64,000 bases of DNA, taken from Macrostomum hystrix (Eukaryota > Animalia > Platyhelminthes). Below are positions 44,883-57,987 of this stretch, piece after piece. Positions within the stretch are counted from its first letter, which is position 1, and the number at the start of each line of letters is the position of its first letter. Both the position numbers and the translations under genes were made by a program. The DNA is taken from positions 13,392,001-13,456,000 of the forward strand of contig CATNEN010000001.1 in the NCBI GenBank assembly GCA_950097015.1. Reading direction: 5' to 3'. The notes under the pieces were generated by a model. It was not told the origin of the DNA. It did no database searches and worked only from the letters and a program-made list of their open reading frames with translations.

Positions 44883-47621
44883 ACAGGGTGAAATCACAGG
44901 AGCCGCAGAACCACTGCGAGCTGTGAAACCCAAGGCCCGGGAGGTCATGGACGGCCGATCAGGAAGGGAAGCAGCTGTGTCTGAAGGACTGGTGGAAGAG
45001 CCGGTCCTGGAGCCTGTCGAGGTGCGCCAAGACAAGGCGGTGCTGCAAGGGTGTCAGGAAGACACGACCGCAGGCCAGCCTTTGAGGCAGGAAGCACCTG
45101 TCCACGGGGCCCCGCATTCAGCTCGTTGCAGCCAGTTCTGCCTGCAGACTGTGGACGCCGCCGTGCAGACGGTAGCTACTGAAGGTAGCTGGAGCCAGGG
45201 AGACACAAGGGAGGAGCACTGGGTGCGGGGCTGTGATGCCAAGGCACAGGTGCAGACTCAGATGGTGGCGGAAGGCTCAGAGGTGAAGGAGACGGTGCCC
45301 GCTCGTTGCAGCCAGTCCTGCCTGCAGGCGCCGGATCCAGAGCCTCTGGTGTGTCCGGAGACAGAGGAGACGGTGCCCGCTCGTTGCAGCCAGTCCTGCC
45401 TGCAGGCGCCGGATCCAGAGCCTCTGGTGTGTCCGGAGACAGAGGAAGAAGTGGCCGCTCGTTGCAGCCAGTCCAGCCTGCAGACACCGAATCCTGCTGT
45501 TGAGGAGTTCTCAGAAACAGGGGAGAAGTCGCTGGCTCGTTGCAGCCCGTCCTGCCTGCGAGCGACTGATCCCGCTGTGTCAAGGTCCTCGGGTCAGGAA
45601 GATCAGCAGTTAGCTCGTTGCAGCCAGTCCTGCCTGCCGACTGCTGGTCTCCCCGTGGGACAGGGAGCAGAGGTGGAGGGGAGTTGTCAGACTCGTTGCG
45701 ACCAGTCTCGCCTGTCAAGGACACCCCCTGCTGCCAGGGCTCCTGGGTCCAAGGACAAGGAGGACAAGGACAGTGGAGAGCTGCCTCCGGTAAGAGAAGT
45801 GGTGATAGAGTTCCTGAAGGTGCCGGTTAGCCAGGTCGAGTTGCTAGAAGCTCAGCACCAAGACCCAGCAATCCGATACCTGACGGAACTGAAGCTGTCA
45901 GGAAGGGAAAAGCCCAGGTTCGATCAGCGACTTCAGATGCCGAAGGAGGTCAGAGACCTGCTGGGTGCATTTGAGGAGCTGGAGGTGCGCGACGGGTTGC
46001 TCGTCATTGACTTTGATGACAACCGGCCGCCGCGACCAGTGCTACCGAAAGCATTAGACTCGCGCGTCTTTGAGGCCTTGCATGACTCACCCTTGTCGGG
46101 TCATCTCGGCCAATACAAGACGGTGCAGAGAGTTAGAGACAGGTTCTGGAGACCCGGTCTCTGGTCGGAGGCGACGGGGTACGTGGCATGTTGCAGGACA
46201 TGCCTGGAGAGCAAGAAAAGGCGGAAGGAAATGGTTCCACCGCAGAGCTTTCCAGTGTGTGAAGTCTTGGGAAGGGTGCACGCCGACTTAATCGGGCCTT
46301 GGTCACAACCAAGTGCCCGAGGACATCGGTACATCCTCACCCTGTGTGATGCAACTTCGAAGTACCCGTTTGCCTATCCGATGCGAAACCAGAAAACGAA
46401 AACTGTGATCAAACTGCTGCTAGATAGGTTCATTCCCGAGTACGGTGCACCAGCCTGGCTGCACACGGACCAGGGGACGAACTTTATGAGTGCAGAGTTT
46501 GAGGACTTCTGTAAGCTGTATGGCATCCGCCACACGCACACGTGTCCCTATAACCCGGCCAGCAATGGCCAGGTCGAAAATCTGAATCGCCAGATTAAGT
46601 CAGTGCTCACGTGTTTGTTGGAGAAAGATCACAGGGATTGGGACCTGATGCTGCCCGCTTGCTGAATCGCGTTGCGCTCCAGTGTCCACCCTGTGACCGG
46701 GTACACGCCGTACTTCCTGGTCTTCGGACGGGAGTATCGGCTGCCCGTCGACAACACGTTGACTGCACTGGCCGAGTACGCAGACCTGCCCGATTATCTC
46801 CGACATTTCCAGGAGCGCATAGACCAGGCGGTCAATTGTGCCCGGGACAAGCTCGAGAGGTACCAGGTGCTGCGAGAAGAGCACTACCAAGAGAGACCGC
46901 AGGCGAGGCCACTCCGCCCGGGCCAGCTGGTCTTACTTAACAACCCGGTGATCGAGTCCGGAGAGATCAGCAAGTTTCATCGGCCCCGTCAATCGTAGTA
47001 CTCGAGAGCAAGGGCGAGACAGTATATAAGATCCGGCGACACGGCAGCACCAAGAAGGCCAGGAAGCAGGTGCCGGTAGTCCATCGGCGCAACCTGCTCC
47101 CGGTACCGGCCTCGATGTGCGGTGAGACGGAGATGGCGAGCAAGGCACAGCGGAAGCTAGGAAGGAAGCCCAAGAGCGACTCTCTGATAGCTGACACGGC
47201 TGGCGAGCCAGGAGACAGTGACGACGACGACGACGAGGAGATTGGCCTGTGGGGCGCTCGTAGGTATCACCTATGATCACGAGCTGCCTCCAGGTCGAAT
47301 CTCGAAGAACCGGTCGGCCAGGAAATCTGCAACGGAGAGGAGGCGGGGGAGGCGTCTGGTGATGTGGTTGTCCTGCCGTCGGACAGTCCGTTGCCCTCTC
47401 CAACCCTGCCCCCTATCCCATTCTCTGTGCACGGGGAAGTTGCAGATGGTGTTAGGGCCGAGGAAGTAGGTGAGGCTGCTCAAGTAGGTGAGGCTAGGGA
47501 TCTAGAGCCGCAGCAGAGGCCGCAGAGAGAAAGGCGAGAGCCGGAAAGGCTACAAATAGATCCTAGCAAGAAATCCTATTTTATCAGAGCGATGTATGGC
47601 CTACCTACAATGTTTCAGTGA
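44797..47621 (+). pseudogene. G2 repeat-rich linker plus integrase
   Basis: ARCSQSCL repeats including a 78-bp tandem duplication; HHCC and DDE; stops at 46663 and 47274; frameshift near 46995. Confidence 0.85.
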
Positions 47622-48118
47622 CTCCCATTCCGAATCAAAGCGCCGAAGCTTCAAGCTTCCCTTAGAAGACTGAAAGAAGAAGGAAGCGATATCATGGAAG
47701 ATAAGGAAAATCTTGGACCCGAAGAAAGGTTGCCGACACGCCCTCGATTGATGGGAGTTGTGCGCAAAGTCGGAGAGCCAGTAGAGGTGAGTAGACGGAT
47801 TGAGATTCTTAGGAGCCAGTTCGGCAAAAGTGCGCCCTTTCCTTTGGGCCAGCGCTCGCCGGATTGGCATCGACACTTTATGTCGGCACTACCTCTATCG
47901 CAGCAGATCCACAAGCGCCCGGCCAGCAAGGCATCGGGACCGCGATCAAAGAGGCTTTGTAAAGCCACGCAAGCAGTACCCACCACGGCTGAAGTGGGAG
48001 TGCAGGCTAGAAGGCCGGCTTCCAGTAGCAGCAGCAGTGGGTCGGTGGAGGCCCAGTTTGACCCAGAAGAGGACATGTGGGCCGAACTGCAGGATGGGAT
48101 GCCCTCAGATGATGAAGA

Positions 48119-49126
48119 TGTTATTGTTTGTTATTGTTGTTGTAGTATGAATCGTTTTGTTGTTTTCGTTTGTTTATTCAGTTAGCACTTCTGGTTTTAT
48201 TCCGTGTTTGGTTTGCCATTTTCCGCAGTGCGCCATGATGTTTTTGTCAGAGTGTTGTTTTTGTTTTTTTTGGAAAGGAAGGAAATAAAAAGGAAAGGTG
48301 CTTACCGAAGACGAATTCGTGGAGGCGGAAGGCCCTGCGGCACCCCCACAAATAGGGTTGCTAGAGGCACCACGGCCACCGAGCTCGTCGTCATCTAGCG
48401 ACGATGCAGCGGAGCCCGATTAACAGAGGCGACGCCGACGAGGAGGCGCCCAGCGGCGCCGTCAGAAGCGAGCTCGCTGGGGCATGCGGGCAGCCGACCG
48501 GGAGGCTGCAACGCAGGCAGTAGCCGAATCGTTGATGCGCGCTGCTCGTGGACAGCTAGACGAGGGGTGGCCGGCCGCTGCACAAAGAGCGTTTACTGAA
48601 GAGCAGCGAGCCACAAGGCTAGAGATGTTGCACGAGGCAGTCGCCCGTGCTGAAGCAACGCTCGGAGGTCCAGCTCGTACGCCCTACCACCTCATGGCTC
48701 GGTACGGGCAAGCGGTAGTCGAGCTGGTAGAGGGTACGTGGTACCCAGGGGCCCGGCCCGCGCACCACATCAGCTAGTAGCCCGGTATGGGCAAGCGTCA
48801 ATTGAACTGGTAGAGGGTGCATGGTACCCCGAGGCACTAGTGAGAATGGCCAGGTTTGAGGGCCATGGTGAGTGATAAGCTAGTTGTTTCACTCAGGAGG
48901 ATGTGCGCCGCCAGGTCAATGGCGGGAGTTTCATCTTGTTATTGTTTGTTATTGTTGTTGTAGTATGAATCGCTTTGTTGTTTTCGTTTGTTTATTCAGT
49001 TAGCACTTCTGGTTTTATTCCGTGTTTGGTTTGCCATTTTCCGCAGTGCGCCATGATGTTTTTGTCAGAGTGTTGTTTTTGTTTTTTTTGGAAAGGAAGG
49101 AAATAAAAAGGAAAGGTGCTTACCGA
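48119..49126 (+). repeat. 190-bp direct repeat (48119-48308 and 48937-49126) flanking the G2 ORF3 domain
   Basis: Near-identical copies visible directly. Confidence 0.9.
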
Positions 49127-50157
49127 TTTTGGTTTAAGTGCGGCTGACGGCCAGCCGGTGTTGACCGTCATCCTTTAGCTGGAGGAGAGTGATGTGCTGT
49201 TGACTGCTGAGCAGCCTCCAGGCAATCTGTGAGTCAGGCTGTTCTAGGTCTGTGGGAGGGCTGGGGTGTAGGTAGTTAGTGTTTCCCGTGCACTGTCACC
49301 TCCGCTCGCCACCCCCTTTGCTTTCTCTCTCGTTCCAGCTGTCTGCGCACTGAGTCACATGGCACACCATGGTGCAATCGCTTAAGTTCGGAAGAAGACT
49401 GGCAGAACAACGCTCAAATGCTCCTACTATAAGTAGAGCACAGTCCGACGAATCCTTAAGATGGTGTTAGTATCGTGGTAGCACTATTTCTTTATATTGA
49501 TGGCACGATTCTGTCTTCCTTTCTTCATGCGTTCCGTGTTCACTCACGTTTGCCTCCTATTGCAACTGAGTAGAATCCAAACTTGCAACTTCTGCAACTT
49601 ATTGAGAAGCTTGGCCGTATATCGCATTTAAAAGCAAGGTATACCGTCAAATTCAGAACAGGGTTCAAAGATGAGGGAGTCTCTTCCTCCGGACAAGACA
49701 TGTCCGGCCTCGGCGACAGGCGTCCCACGGAGTTGATGGACGAGATGCTCGCCCTGCTTGGAGACCACCGGCCCTGCATGCTCTTCGAAGAGCTGTTCCG
49801 CCAGCAGCTGCCCGCTGAGGTCAGAATGGCAATGGCGACCGCCGACTTCAGCGACCCGCGGGAAGCAGCGCAGCTCGCCGACAAGCTGTGGGCCAGCCGG
49901 CCGCAGCTCGCCGCGGCCGAATCTCAACCTGACTCAATACCGTCAAATTCAGAGCAGGGTTCAAAGACGAGGGAGTCTTAGAGTGATTCAGGAAGATCCC
50001 GAGGAAACAAGGTAATCTAGCCTGACTACCGGGTTGTTTCACTGCTAGGAAGCAACAGTGTTGAGGCCGGTACAAAATCCTCTCTGAATCCAGTGTCCTG
50101 TCTTGGTCATTTTATCAATTGTGTGTGCCACGCTACCACAGGTACAACATAATGTGT

Positions 50158-52257
50158 TGGAATGGTTAGGGTCTTTGCAATCCGATGGTCTGTCCTCGTG
50201 AAAGATAAGAGTGTGGGGACGGCGATAGAGTCAAAAGTCATACCGCACAGCCTCGCGAGTTGTCGCGGAAAGAGGGATGAGGGGAGAGACAGTGGATGCA
50301 AGGAGTGGTCCTATCGGCCTCAGGCTGGCCAGTCCCACTCGTCCCATAGGCCACAGGCATGACTGCCGTGCCTACCCCAAGCAGTGCTCGAAACCGGCTG
50401 AAAGTCTAATGAGGTGTTGGACTACCCGAAAGCAGATAGGACAGGGCTAGAGAGCCTACTGTCGTCAGTAGCATGTAAATAACTGACTCCTAACCTTGGT
50501 AGCAGTGGTCGACTCGGCCTAGGCTCTTGTCATAGAAATGCGGAAAGGCTATCGGCAAGCGGAAAGATGATCTAAGGTAGCGCCACCACCCAATGCGCCT
50601 ACGTTGCCACCGCAGACATTTGGGAACTTGGGTCCCCGGAGTACACAGCTCCTAGTTTATCACACAGATCTAGACAAGCCGAAAAATAGAGCATTCTGTA
50701 ACTTCGGTTTTAGACTAGGGTGAAGACCCCAGAATGAATCGAGTCACGCCTCAACAGGGGATTCCTGAATCTGCGCTACAGTGGTCTAGAAAGGTGGTAC
50801 TGAGAACTTGAATGAGAATCCATAGCCGGAACCCTACTCATGAGACATTAGACGCATTCGGTACATTAGACTGCAGCCTACACATTAAGTAACTAGCAAA
50901 CCCGAGTCTGTGTGAGTTGAGGAAATCAGAGGCAGGAGAGATTAAGCAGAACACTGGCTGAGTGATTATCAAACGATGAGTATTTGATCACGCCTCTCGC
51001 TTCCATGGCCGCGGTTGCGAGGGCGGGGAATAGAAGGTGAACTCAGTTGGCAGAGGAATTTGACGCGCACACTGGAACCCGCCAGTGAGTGAGGAAAGCC
51101 GGCCAAGGAATCCCCCACCCCTAGACAGAAATGCACACGCTACATTCCGCATTTAGCTCGCAAATCCCTAGCTTCATATTACTCTCATGCGCGCTTACAG
51201 TTGCCTTCCTGCCGCAGCCTTCAGCTCGGCCTTGCCAGAGCCCATCCCCTAATTAATTAGCCACTCATGATCGAGGGCTGTCTAGCGATAAAATAAAGGT
51301 GAAAGAGAGGCATAGTAAAATGATTAAGTTGTTATTAAAAGTAGCCCAATAAGTTAATAGTGCTGTGAATCAATAGTTTATTAGGCTGAAACAATTCCCT
51401 AGATCCCCTCCCACTAAATGCCGCCTGACTAAGAGTAAACTGTCCCTTGAGAGTGACAATAATAAGCCGCTGCGCGGATTACTTATCTGGATCTCGCTTG
51501 GCCGCGTGCTGCAGTCCCGTTGTTCTCGGGGAGAAGGGTGGGGCAAAGCAGCAAAGACAGAGAGGGGATGAATGCCGCGAGTTGGCAGAGGCCAACACTC
51601 TGGGAGCTCAAAGGCTCAATTCAACGCTCACCTAAAGAGGTGGCTTGCGCTTAGGGGGATTGGGGACAGGCAATGGGCCTGTGCTAGCTACGCGGAGCTC
51701 AAGGCTCAAGGGTCTAAGCCCTACGTAGGCCCGGAGAATGGGAGTGGGAGTCCGGCCCGGCAAAGGCAAGTGGGAAGGTAGGTCCGGGAAAAGGTTGTCC
51801 TAGGGGCAGCGCAGCGCGCCTTCTTGAATAGTCCTGCAGCACGCCAACCCCGACATCCATCAAAACAACCCGCATTCGCGCCAGCCTGTCAACGGGGGAT
51901 CGAAGCGGCGATGGGCCGCCCCGATTACCCAATGAACCGACGGCGGGAAACGACAGATGTTCTGCGCGAACAGCCGCCGGCAGTCGGCCAATGATTGTTA
52001 CTCCGCCGGGACAATGGGAAGCGCAGGCGCCGATCGCGCCGATGGCCGCGATCAGTGATCCCTACAGGGGTCTAGACAGATCCAGGGAAAAGGGATTCGA
52101 CGGCTACTTAATTCACCGCCGCCCCAAACCCGGCCCTAAGATTAATGATCTTGTTTGCGGCCAGCTGCTAAGTGGGTCGCAATTATTAGCTACTTAAAAA
52201 TTTGAAAAATTCTGCTGGCTCACATTCCCACTCGATTCTGCAGCACACTCCACATCA
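50158..52257 (-). mobile_element. Solo LTR, 2100 bp, same family as 33691-36022
   Basis: TG...CA ends; TSD GTGT (50154-50157 and 52258-52261); block homology along the whole length. Confidence 0.8.
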
Positions 52258-54989
52258 GTGTGTGAATATGAATTGTGAACAGTATAAAACAGTAAGAGAA
52301 ATATAACACAATGATTAAGACTGGCACCTACCTAACTATCATCTTTCTTTTTTCTCACTTCAAGCAAATATGGTTTGAATCTGGTTACACGACTGACTTA
52401 ATGAATTTTCATTAAAAATTAAATTCCAACTCTCAACACCATTACCAATGCCAATCTAACTGCAATTTCCAATTACAGTTGTAGTTGTAAATAGACACCA
52501 ATTACAATAGAAATGTGACATTGATCAGTCAGAGCCTGAGGCGTGATGCACCCTCAAACCCAACGAAGCTTGCCGAATTCTTCCCCTGTCCCAACTCTTG
52601 CAGATGCCACCTGCTCAAAGGGTGCCGAGTTCTCTTCCCACCCTACCCGCCATGGTTATAAAGTTTTCAATATAAATTAATCATTTATTAACTTTTAAGT
52701 GCTTACTCAAGCTCAACTTAAAATATTAGTTTATAAATAAAATTGCGGAGCGTGCACCATGAAGTCTAAAAATTTGTGTTCCTGTATATTATTAATGTGT
52801 CTTGCCAATTGCTCTGTTTTGCGCCTGCAAATGTCAATATTTTGCTAAATATATAACGTCAGACGTGAGTCGTGACGTGACGACATCAAGTCAGAGCCAA
52901 AAAGGAAAAAAATAAATTGAAGAAAAGACTACCAAGTGCTGAATGAATCAGTATTTTATTTTTCACATTTTCATAAATTTGTTGTAGATTAGAATGTGCA
53001 TTTCCTGTTCAGAGGATTCAATCTTGCCTCTTCCAAGCAACGTGGTCATCGTTTCTTGTCCTAGTACCGCCTGTGCTGCGCATTTAAAAAGTGAAAGTCT
53101 TCCGTCTGCCGCACCTTTGGCAGAAGTGGTTGTGGTGCCGCAGTTTTGCTATAAACGTCCGCCGCATAAAGCGTAAAGCTTATAACCATTTGCCGCGCGT
53201 CCGCAGGAGCTAAATTTCTATTCCAATAGGGCCTGCCAATCATCCTCATCCTTAACATTCAGTGGGCAAAGTGGGCTGGTCCCGCGAAGCCGAAAAACTT
53301 TTCCAAAACCAACTGGGATAAGTTCAGTTTGAGGATCAGTGAAGCCTTTCTTCCTGACCCGACTCGCCATATCCCATGATCAGCAAATCGACGCTGATGC
53401 CGAGCTCATCACAAAGGCCATCCACACGGTCATTGAACGACCGTGCTAAACTGTGGTGGCCGAAACGCTCTGATTTCTAGAGTTATACAGCAAAGGCTCT
53501 ATAAAGCCAAGAACAGTTATACACTGCTCTATTTATTGCACCTATCTGGACTTAATGGGCATCAAAGTAACAACTTCTTAAATATTGTACCAAAATGTAG
53601 TCTATTTTACAATGCAGCCAAATTCATTTGGGATCTCTGTCGTGGGGAAGGCCTGGCATGTTGATTCACCTTTCATAGTTGCTAATGGCTATATATGCGA
53701 AAGACACAGATTGTACCACTGTGTCACTGTGTAGTTTAGTCTAGTCTCTCTTACAAACTCGGGTAATGAGTTGGAACCATAAGATGTAGGCCGATTCCCA
53801 AGCCAAGAGTTAGGAGCTCTAAGCAAAGAAAGAGAAAAGCTGTAAAGAGTTGAAGTCTGTTTATAAAAGCAGTTTTTGAAGAAATTCTAAAAGTAAAGTG
53901 GCTGTTCAAATTTAATAAAGGGATTTCGATAATTGGGTAAAGTCTCATTAACAGAAGTGTCTCATCAAAGCCAAACATAGATGTTCTGTCAAGTTTTTTT
54001 ACTGTTGGGTGAGGTGTAGAGTTTCTTTTTCGTGGGACACATTTTAAAAAGAAGACATCTTTGATATATGCCAACCGGCTAAATTTGTTTTACCAAAGAT
54101 AAAGGCAAAATATCTCGAGAAATATTTTGAAAATGTAGCTTTCATACACACGCGAATTTTATACGACTAGAAAAACATGTCCAGAATAGTTAAAACTCTA
54201 ACTTTGGATTACTGCCACCACTCGTTAGATGTAATAGTAAAGTATCTACACAGAAAAGTATTTATTGTTTACGGTATACATACCGTGGCGCACAATGAAT
54301 CAAGACCAACTAACAAAAAAGTTAACTTTTTATTTCATAACCTGCACATATTGGGGAGCATCTTCTTCCACTATACTAAAAATGAATCCATCCACTATAC
54401 TAAAAATGAAATGGTTGCTTGGTTGTAATTGATTTTCTCCCGAACGGCTCAACCGATTTTCACCATTTCTTCACCAAAAGATGCCAAATATATGGACAAT
54501 TATACACGTATTTTTATTAAGCTTAACTTTATTTCTAAAGGGATTAAATATTCGAAAAACATGACTTTTCAAAGGTCAAACATCGTGGCCTATTGAGAAT
54601 TTTACTCACTGCCACTGAATTAGAATTGCATCGTCAAATTGCGCAACAACCCCTAGCTGATTGAATTTGAAGCCTGCACTCTGGAGACAAATTGGAAATA
54701 AATGTACACAACCAACCGCGAGACTGAGTGTACTCTATTTTCTTACTTCATTGTACAAAGCCAGAACTTTGAGAATTCATTTTATAAGGCTATATTTTGC
54801 ACGCACTAACCAACAGTCGGAATAGCCGATGTGTAGGCACTAGGAATAGGTTAGGCTAGGCTAGGGTTCGATTCTGCACTGCGTCAAATCATTTAGACTA
54901 ATTTTCAGCCAGTCGTGATTGAAGATTATTTTAATTTATTTTTTCATTTTGTAAATAAAATATCATAAATCATAGCAAATCTGAGTTTG

Positions 54990-55482
54990 AATCATGGCTA
55001 AACCAGCGTTTAAATCATGGCTAAACCAGCGTTTAAATCATGGCTAAACCAGAGTTTGAATCATGGCTAAACCAGAGTTTCAATCATGGCTAAACCAGAG
55101 TTTCAATCATGGCTAAACCATCGTTTGAATCATGGCTAAACCAGAGTTTGAATCATGGCTAAACCATCGTTTAAAATCATGGCTAAACCATCGTTTGAAT
55201 CATGGCTAAACCATCGTTTGAATCATGGCTAAACAAGAGTTTGAATCATGCTTAAACCAGACTTTGAATCATGGCTAAAACAGCGTCTGAATCATGGCAA
55301 AACCAGAGTCTGAATCATGGCTAAACCAGAGTCTGAATCATAGAGTTTGAATCATAAATAAACCATCATGGCTAAACCATCGTTTGAATCATGGCAAAGC
55401 CCGAGTCTTAATTATGGCAAAAACCGAGTCTTAATCATGGCAAAACCCGAGTCTTAATCATGGCAAAACCCGAGTTTGAATC
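54990..55482. repeat. 23-bp minisatellite AATCATGGCTAAACCAGAGTTTG
   Basis: About 20 copies, degenerating rightwards. Confidence 0.93.
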
Positions 55483-55882
55483 AGTGTGTCAAATGTACAT
55501 AACTGTGTCAACCCCACTGGCGAGACAGTCAGTGCGAATTTATAAATAGATTACATCACAGCTTTTCTCTCTGGCTGGCGCAGACCAGTGTACATTGTGA
55601 GCCCTCTGCCCCGGAATGTGGACGCACGGGCCTGGGGAGCCCACACCCCAAATCATAGGTTTTTTAGATTTAGACCCCTGTTTTCTTTATTGATTTTTCA
55701 GTTTTTACCCTGCGTCTTAAGATAAGCTCCGATTCAGCCCACTGGATGATAAAAAGCCTGCAAATTAGTTTGGCTAAAGGGCGCCTTATCTGATTCTTCA
55801 GACATCCGAATTCACAAAGTTTCATCTTTCAAACCCTATCATTCTTTCTCAACTATTTCATTTTGCTTCTCATTTCTCAATC

Positions 55883-57278
55883 ATGGTTCGACGCGGCGCC
55901 AGCAGTTTAAAGAAGAGCCGCGATGCCAAGCGACGGCGACAGGCAGAATCCGAGGCAGAGCGGGCTGCCCGACTGGAAGAACAGCGGCAGCGGAATGCTC
56001 AGCGCAGACATGCTGAGACTGAGACAGAGTGGGCTGCCCGACTGGAAGAACAGCGGCAGCGGGATGCTCAGCGCAGACATGCTGAGACTGAGGCAGAGCA
56101 GGCTGCCCGATTGGAAGAACAGCGGCAGCGGAATGCTCAGCGCAGACATGCTGAGACTGAGGCAGAGCAGGCTGCCCGATTGGAAGCCGATCGCATTCGT
56201 CGCCGTGGAGCTGTGGTTTCTAGGTGAGTTTTATGGCCGTTTTATAACAAGTCTTTATTTTTCTTTTTTTTCTGAATTGCCTTGAAGGGGATAATTTGTA
56301 GTATCCATTTTATTCTGTATAAATTAAGCGGACAACGATTTTTGAGAAATGAATTGTCTTAAAAAGCCAACGTTCAGACTCCAAGAGATGAATGCTTACG
56401 TTCACCCATTGCCCCTTAGGTCGGACACCCAGCAGCAAGGTACAGAATCTATTGTACCCTCTGAGCAGTTGCAGGTAATCCCCATTGTTGGTGATGGCAA
56501 TTGCTTTTTTTATGCTGTGTGTGATCAGCTGCGTGGAACCCCGCTGGAAACTGACGCAGCCTCCCTGCGGCAGGACTTGTCTTGCCGTGTTGCAGAACTC
56601 ATGCCACAGCTGGTTGCAGATGGCCTCATTGCACCTGAAAGTGCTGATGAGATCGTGAATTCCTCTTTTCAAGCAGGAATTTATGTTTCAGAAGAAGTTG
56701 CCTCTTTGTTGGGCCGCTGCTTTAATGTGGACCTGGTCATTTACCAGGCCAATGGTAATGTGATGCAATATTTCAGGGCTAATTTGCGCCCTCCTAATGC
56801 CATTGTGCGTGTGCTTTTGCGCCATGAACATTACGAGTCATGGCTAACCCAGCGTTTGAAAAATCAACGTCAACTGGGGAGTCATCATCAAAATGGGGAT
56901 CAAGGTAAACTGGGGGATAATCGTCAATTGGAGGATCTTGGTAAACTGGGGGATAATTGTCAACTGGGGGATAATTGTCAACTGGGGGATCATTGTGAAC
57001 TGGGGGATCATTGTGAACTGGGGGATCATTGTCAACTGGGTGATCTTTATCAACTGGGGAATCATTGTCAACTGGGGGATCATTGTCAACTGGGTGATCT
57101 TTATCAACTGGGGAATCATTGTCAACTGGGGGATCATTGTCAACTGGGGGATAATTGTCAACTGGGGGATCATTGTCAACTGGGGGATGATTGTCAACTT
57201 GGTGATCATTATCAACTAGGGGAATCATTGTCAACTGGGGGATCATTGTCAACTGGGGGATCATTGTCAACTGGGTGA
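55883..57278 (+). CDS. Two-exon gene: 23-aa STPR-like repeats plus OTU cysteine protease
   Basis: Exon 55883-56223 (AG|gtgagt) splices in frame to 56420 (cttag|G). AESEAERAARLEEQRQRNAQRRH about 4 times; OTU motifs VGDGNCFF and HEHYES. Confidence 0.75.
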
Positions 57279-57750
57279 TCATCATCAACTGGGGGATCAT
57301 TGTCAACTGGGTGATCATCATCAACTGGGGGATCATTGTCAACTGGGAGAAAATTGTCAACTGGGGATCTTCATCAATGGGGAGTCATCATCAACTGGGG
57401 GATCATTGTCAACTGGGTTATCATCATCAATTGGGGGATCATTGTCAACTGGGAATCATTGTCAACTGGTGGATCATTGTCAACTGGGAGAAAATTGTCA
57501 ACTGGGGATCTTCATCAATGGGGAGTCATCATCAACTGGGGGATCATTGTCAACTGGGTTATCATCATCAATTGGGGGATCATTGTCAACTGGGAATCAT
57601 TGTCAACTGGTGGATCATTGTCAACTGGGGGAACATTGTCAACTGGGGATATTTGTCAACTGGGGGAACAATGTCAACTGTGAATCATCATCAATGGGGA
57701 GTCATCATCAACTGGGGGGATCATTGTCAACTGGGGAATCAACTGGGGAA
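56865..57750. repeat. 18-bp minisatellite TCAACTGGGGGATCATTG
   Basis: Directly visible; read as LGDHCQ repeats in the OTU frame. Confidence 0.95.
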
Positions 57751-57987
57751 CGAAATAGGTTTTCGTTTTTGTTTGCTTTCAGGTGTGTTATGTCCTTCTG
57801 CATTGCACAATATTTTTTTGTCTGACCAGTAGTGCTCCCCGAAGGGGGGCAAAACTTGCTAGTCTAAATCTAAAAAGTTATAGATAACGATGGCATGGAA
57901 CAACTAAATTAATGATTTCTTGGGTAATAGTCGCTATTCATTACATTTAATTGGAGTCCCTTATCTCGCTTTAGAATTTAGAAAGCC

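Larger units (their letters stand above)
41432..50149 (+). mobile_element. Gypsy element G2 (relative of G1), RT-deleted, with chimeric LTRs
   Basis: 452-bp direct repeat 41432-41883 / 49698-50149; Leu PBS at 41885; PPT GGAGGAGAGTGA before the 3' LTR at 49193-50149. Confidence 0.88.
54361..57862 (+). mobile_element. Non-autonomous Helitron carrying an STPR-like + OTU gene and minisatellites
   Basis: A|TC start (54361 or 54391) with AACGGCTCAACCGATTTT subterminal motif; 3' hairpin GCTCCCC-GAA-GGGGGGC followed by CTAG|T at 57859-57863. Confidence 0.72.

Noticed and set aside
53000-53480. Coding-looking minus-strand segment
   Set aside because: Stops in all frames and no recognisable motif.
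56794-57832. Multiple overlapping repetitive ORFs
   Set aside because: Alternate-frame translations of the 18-bp minisatellite.
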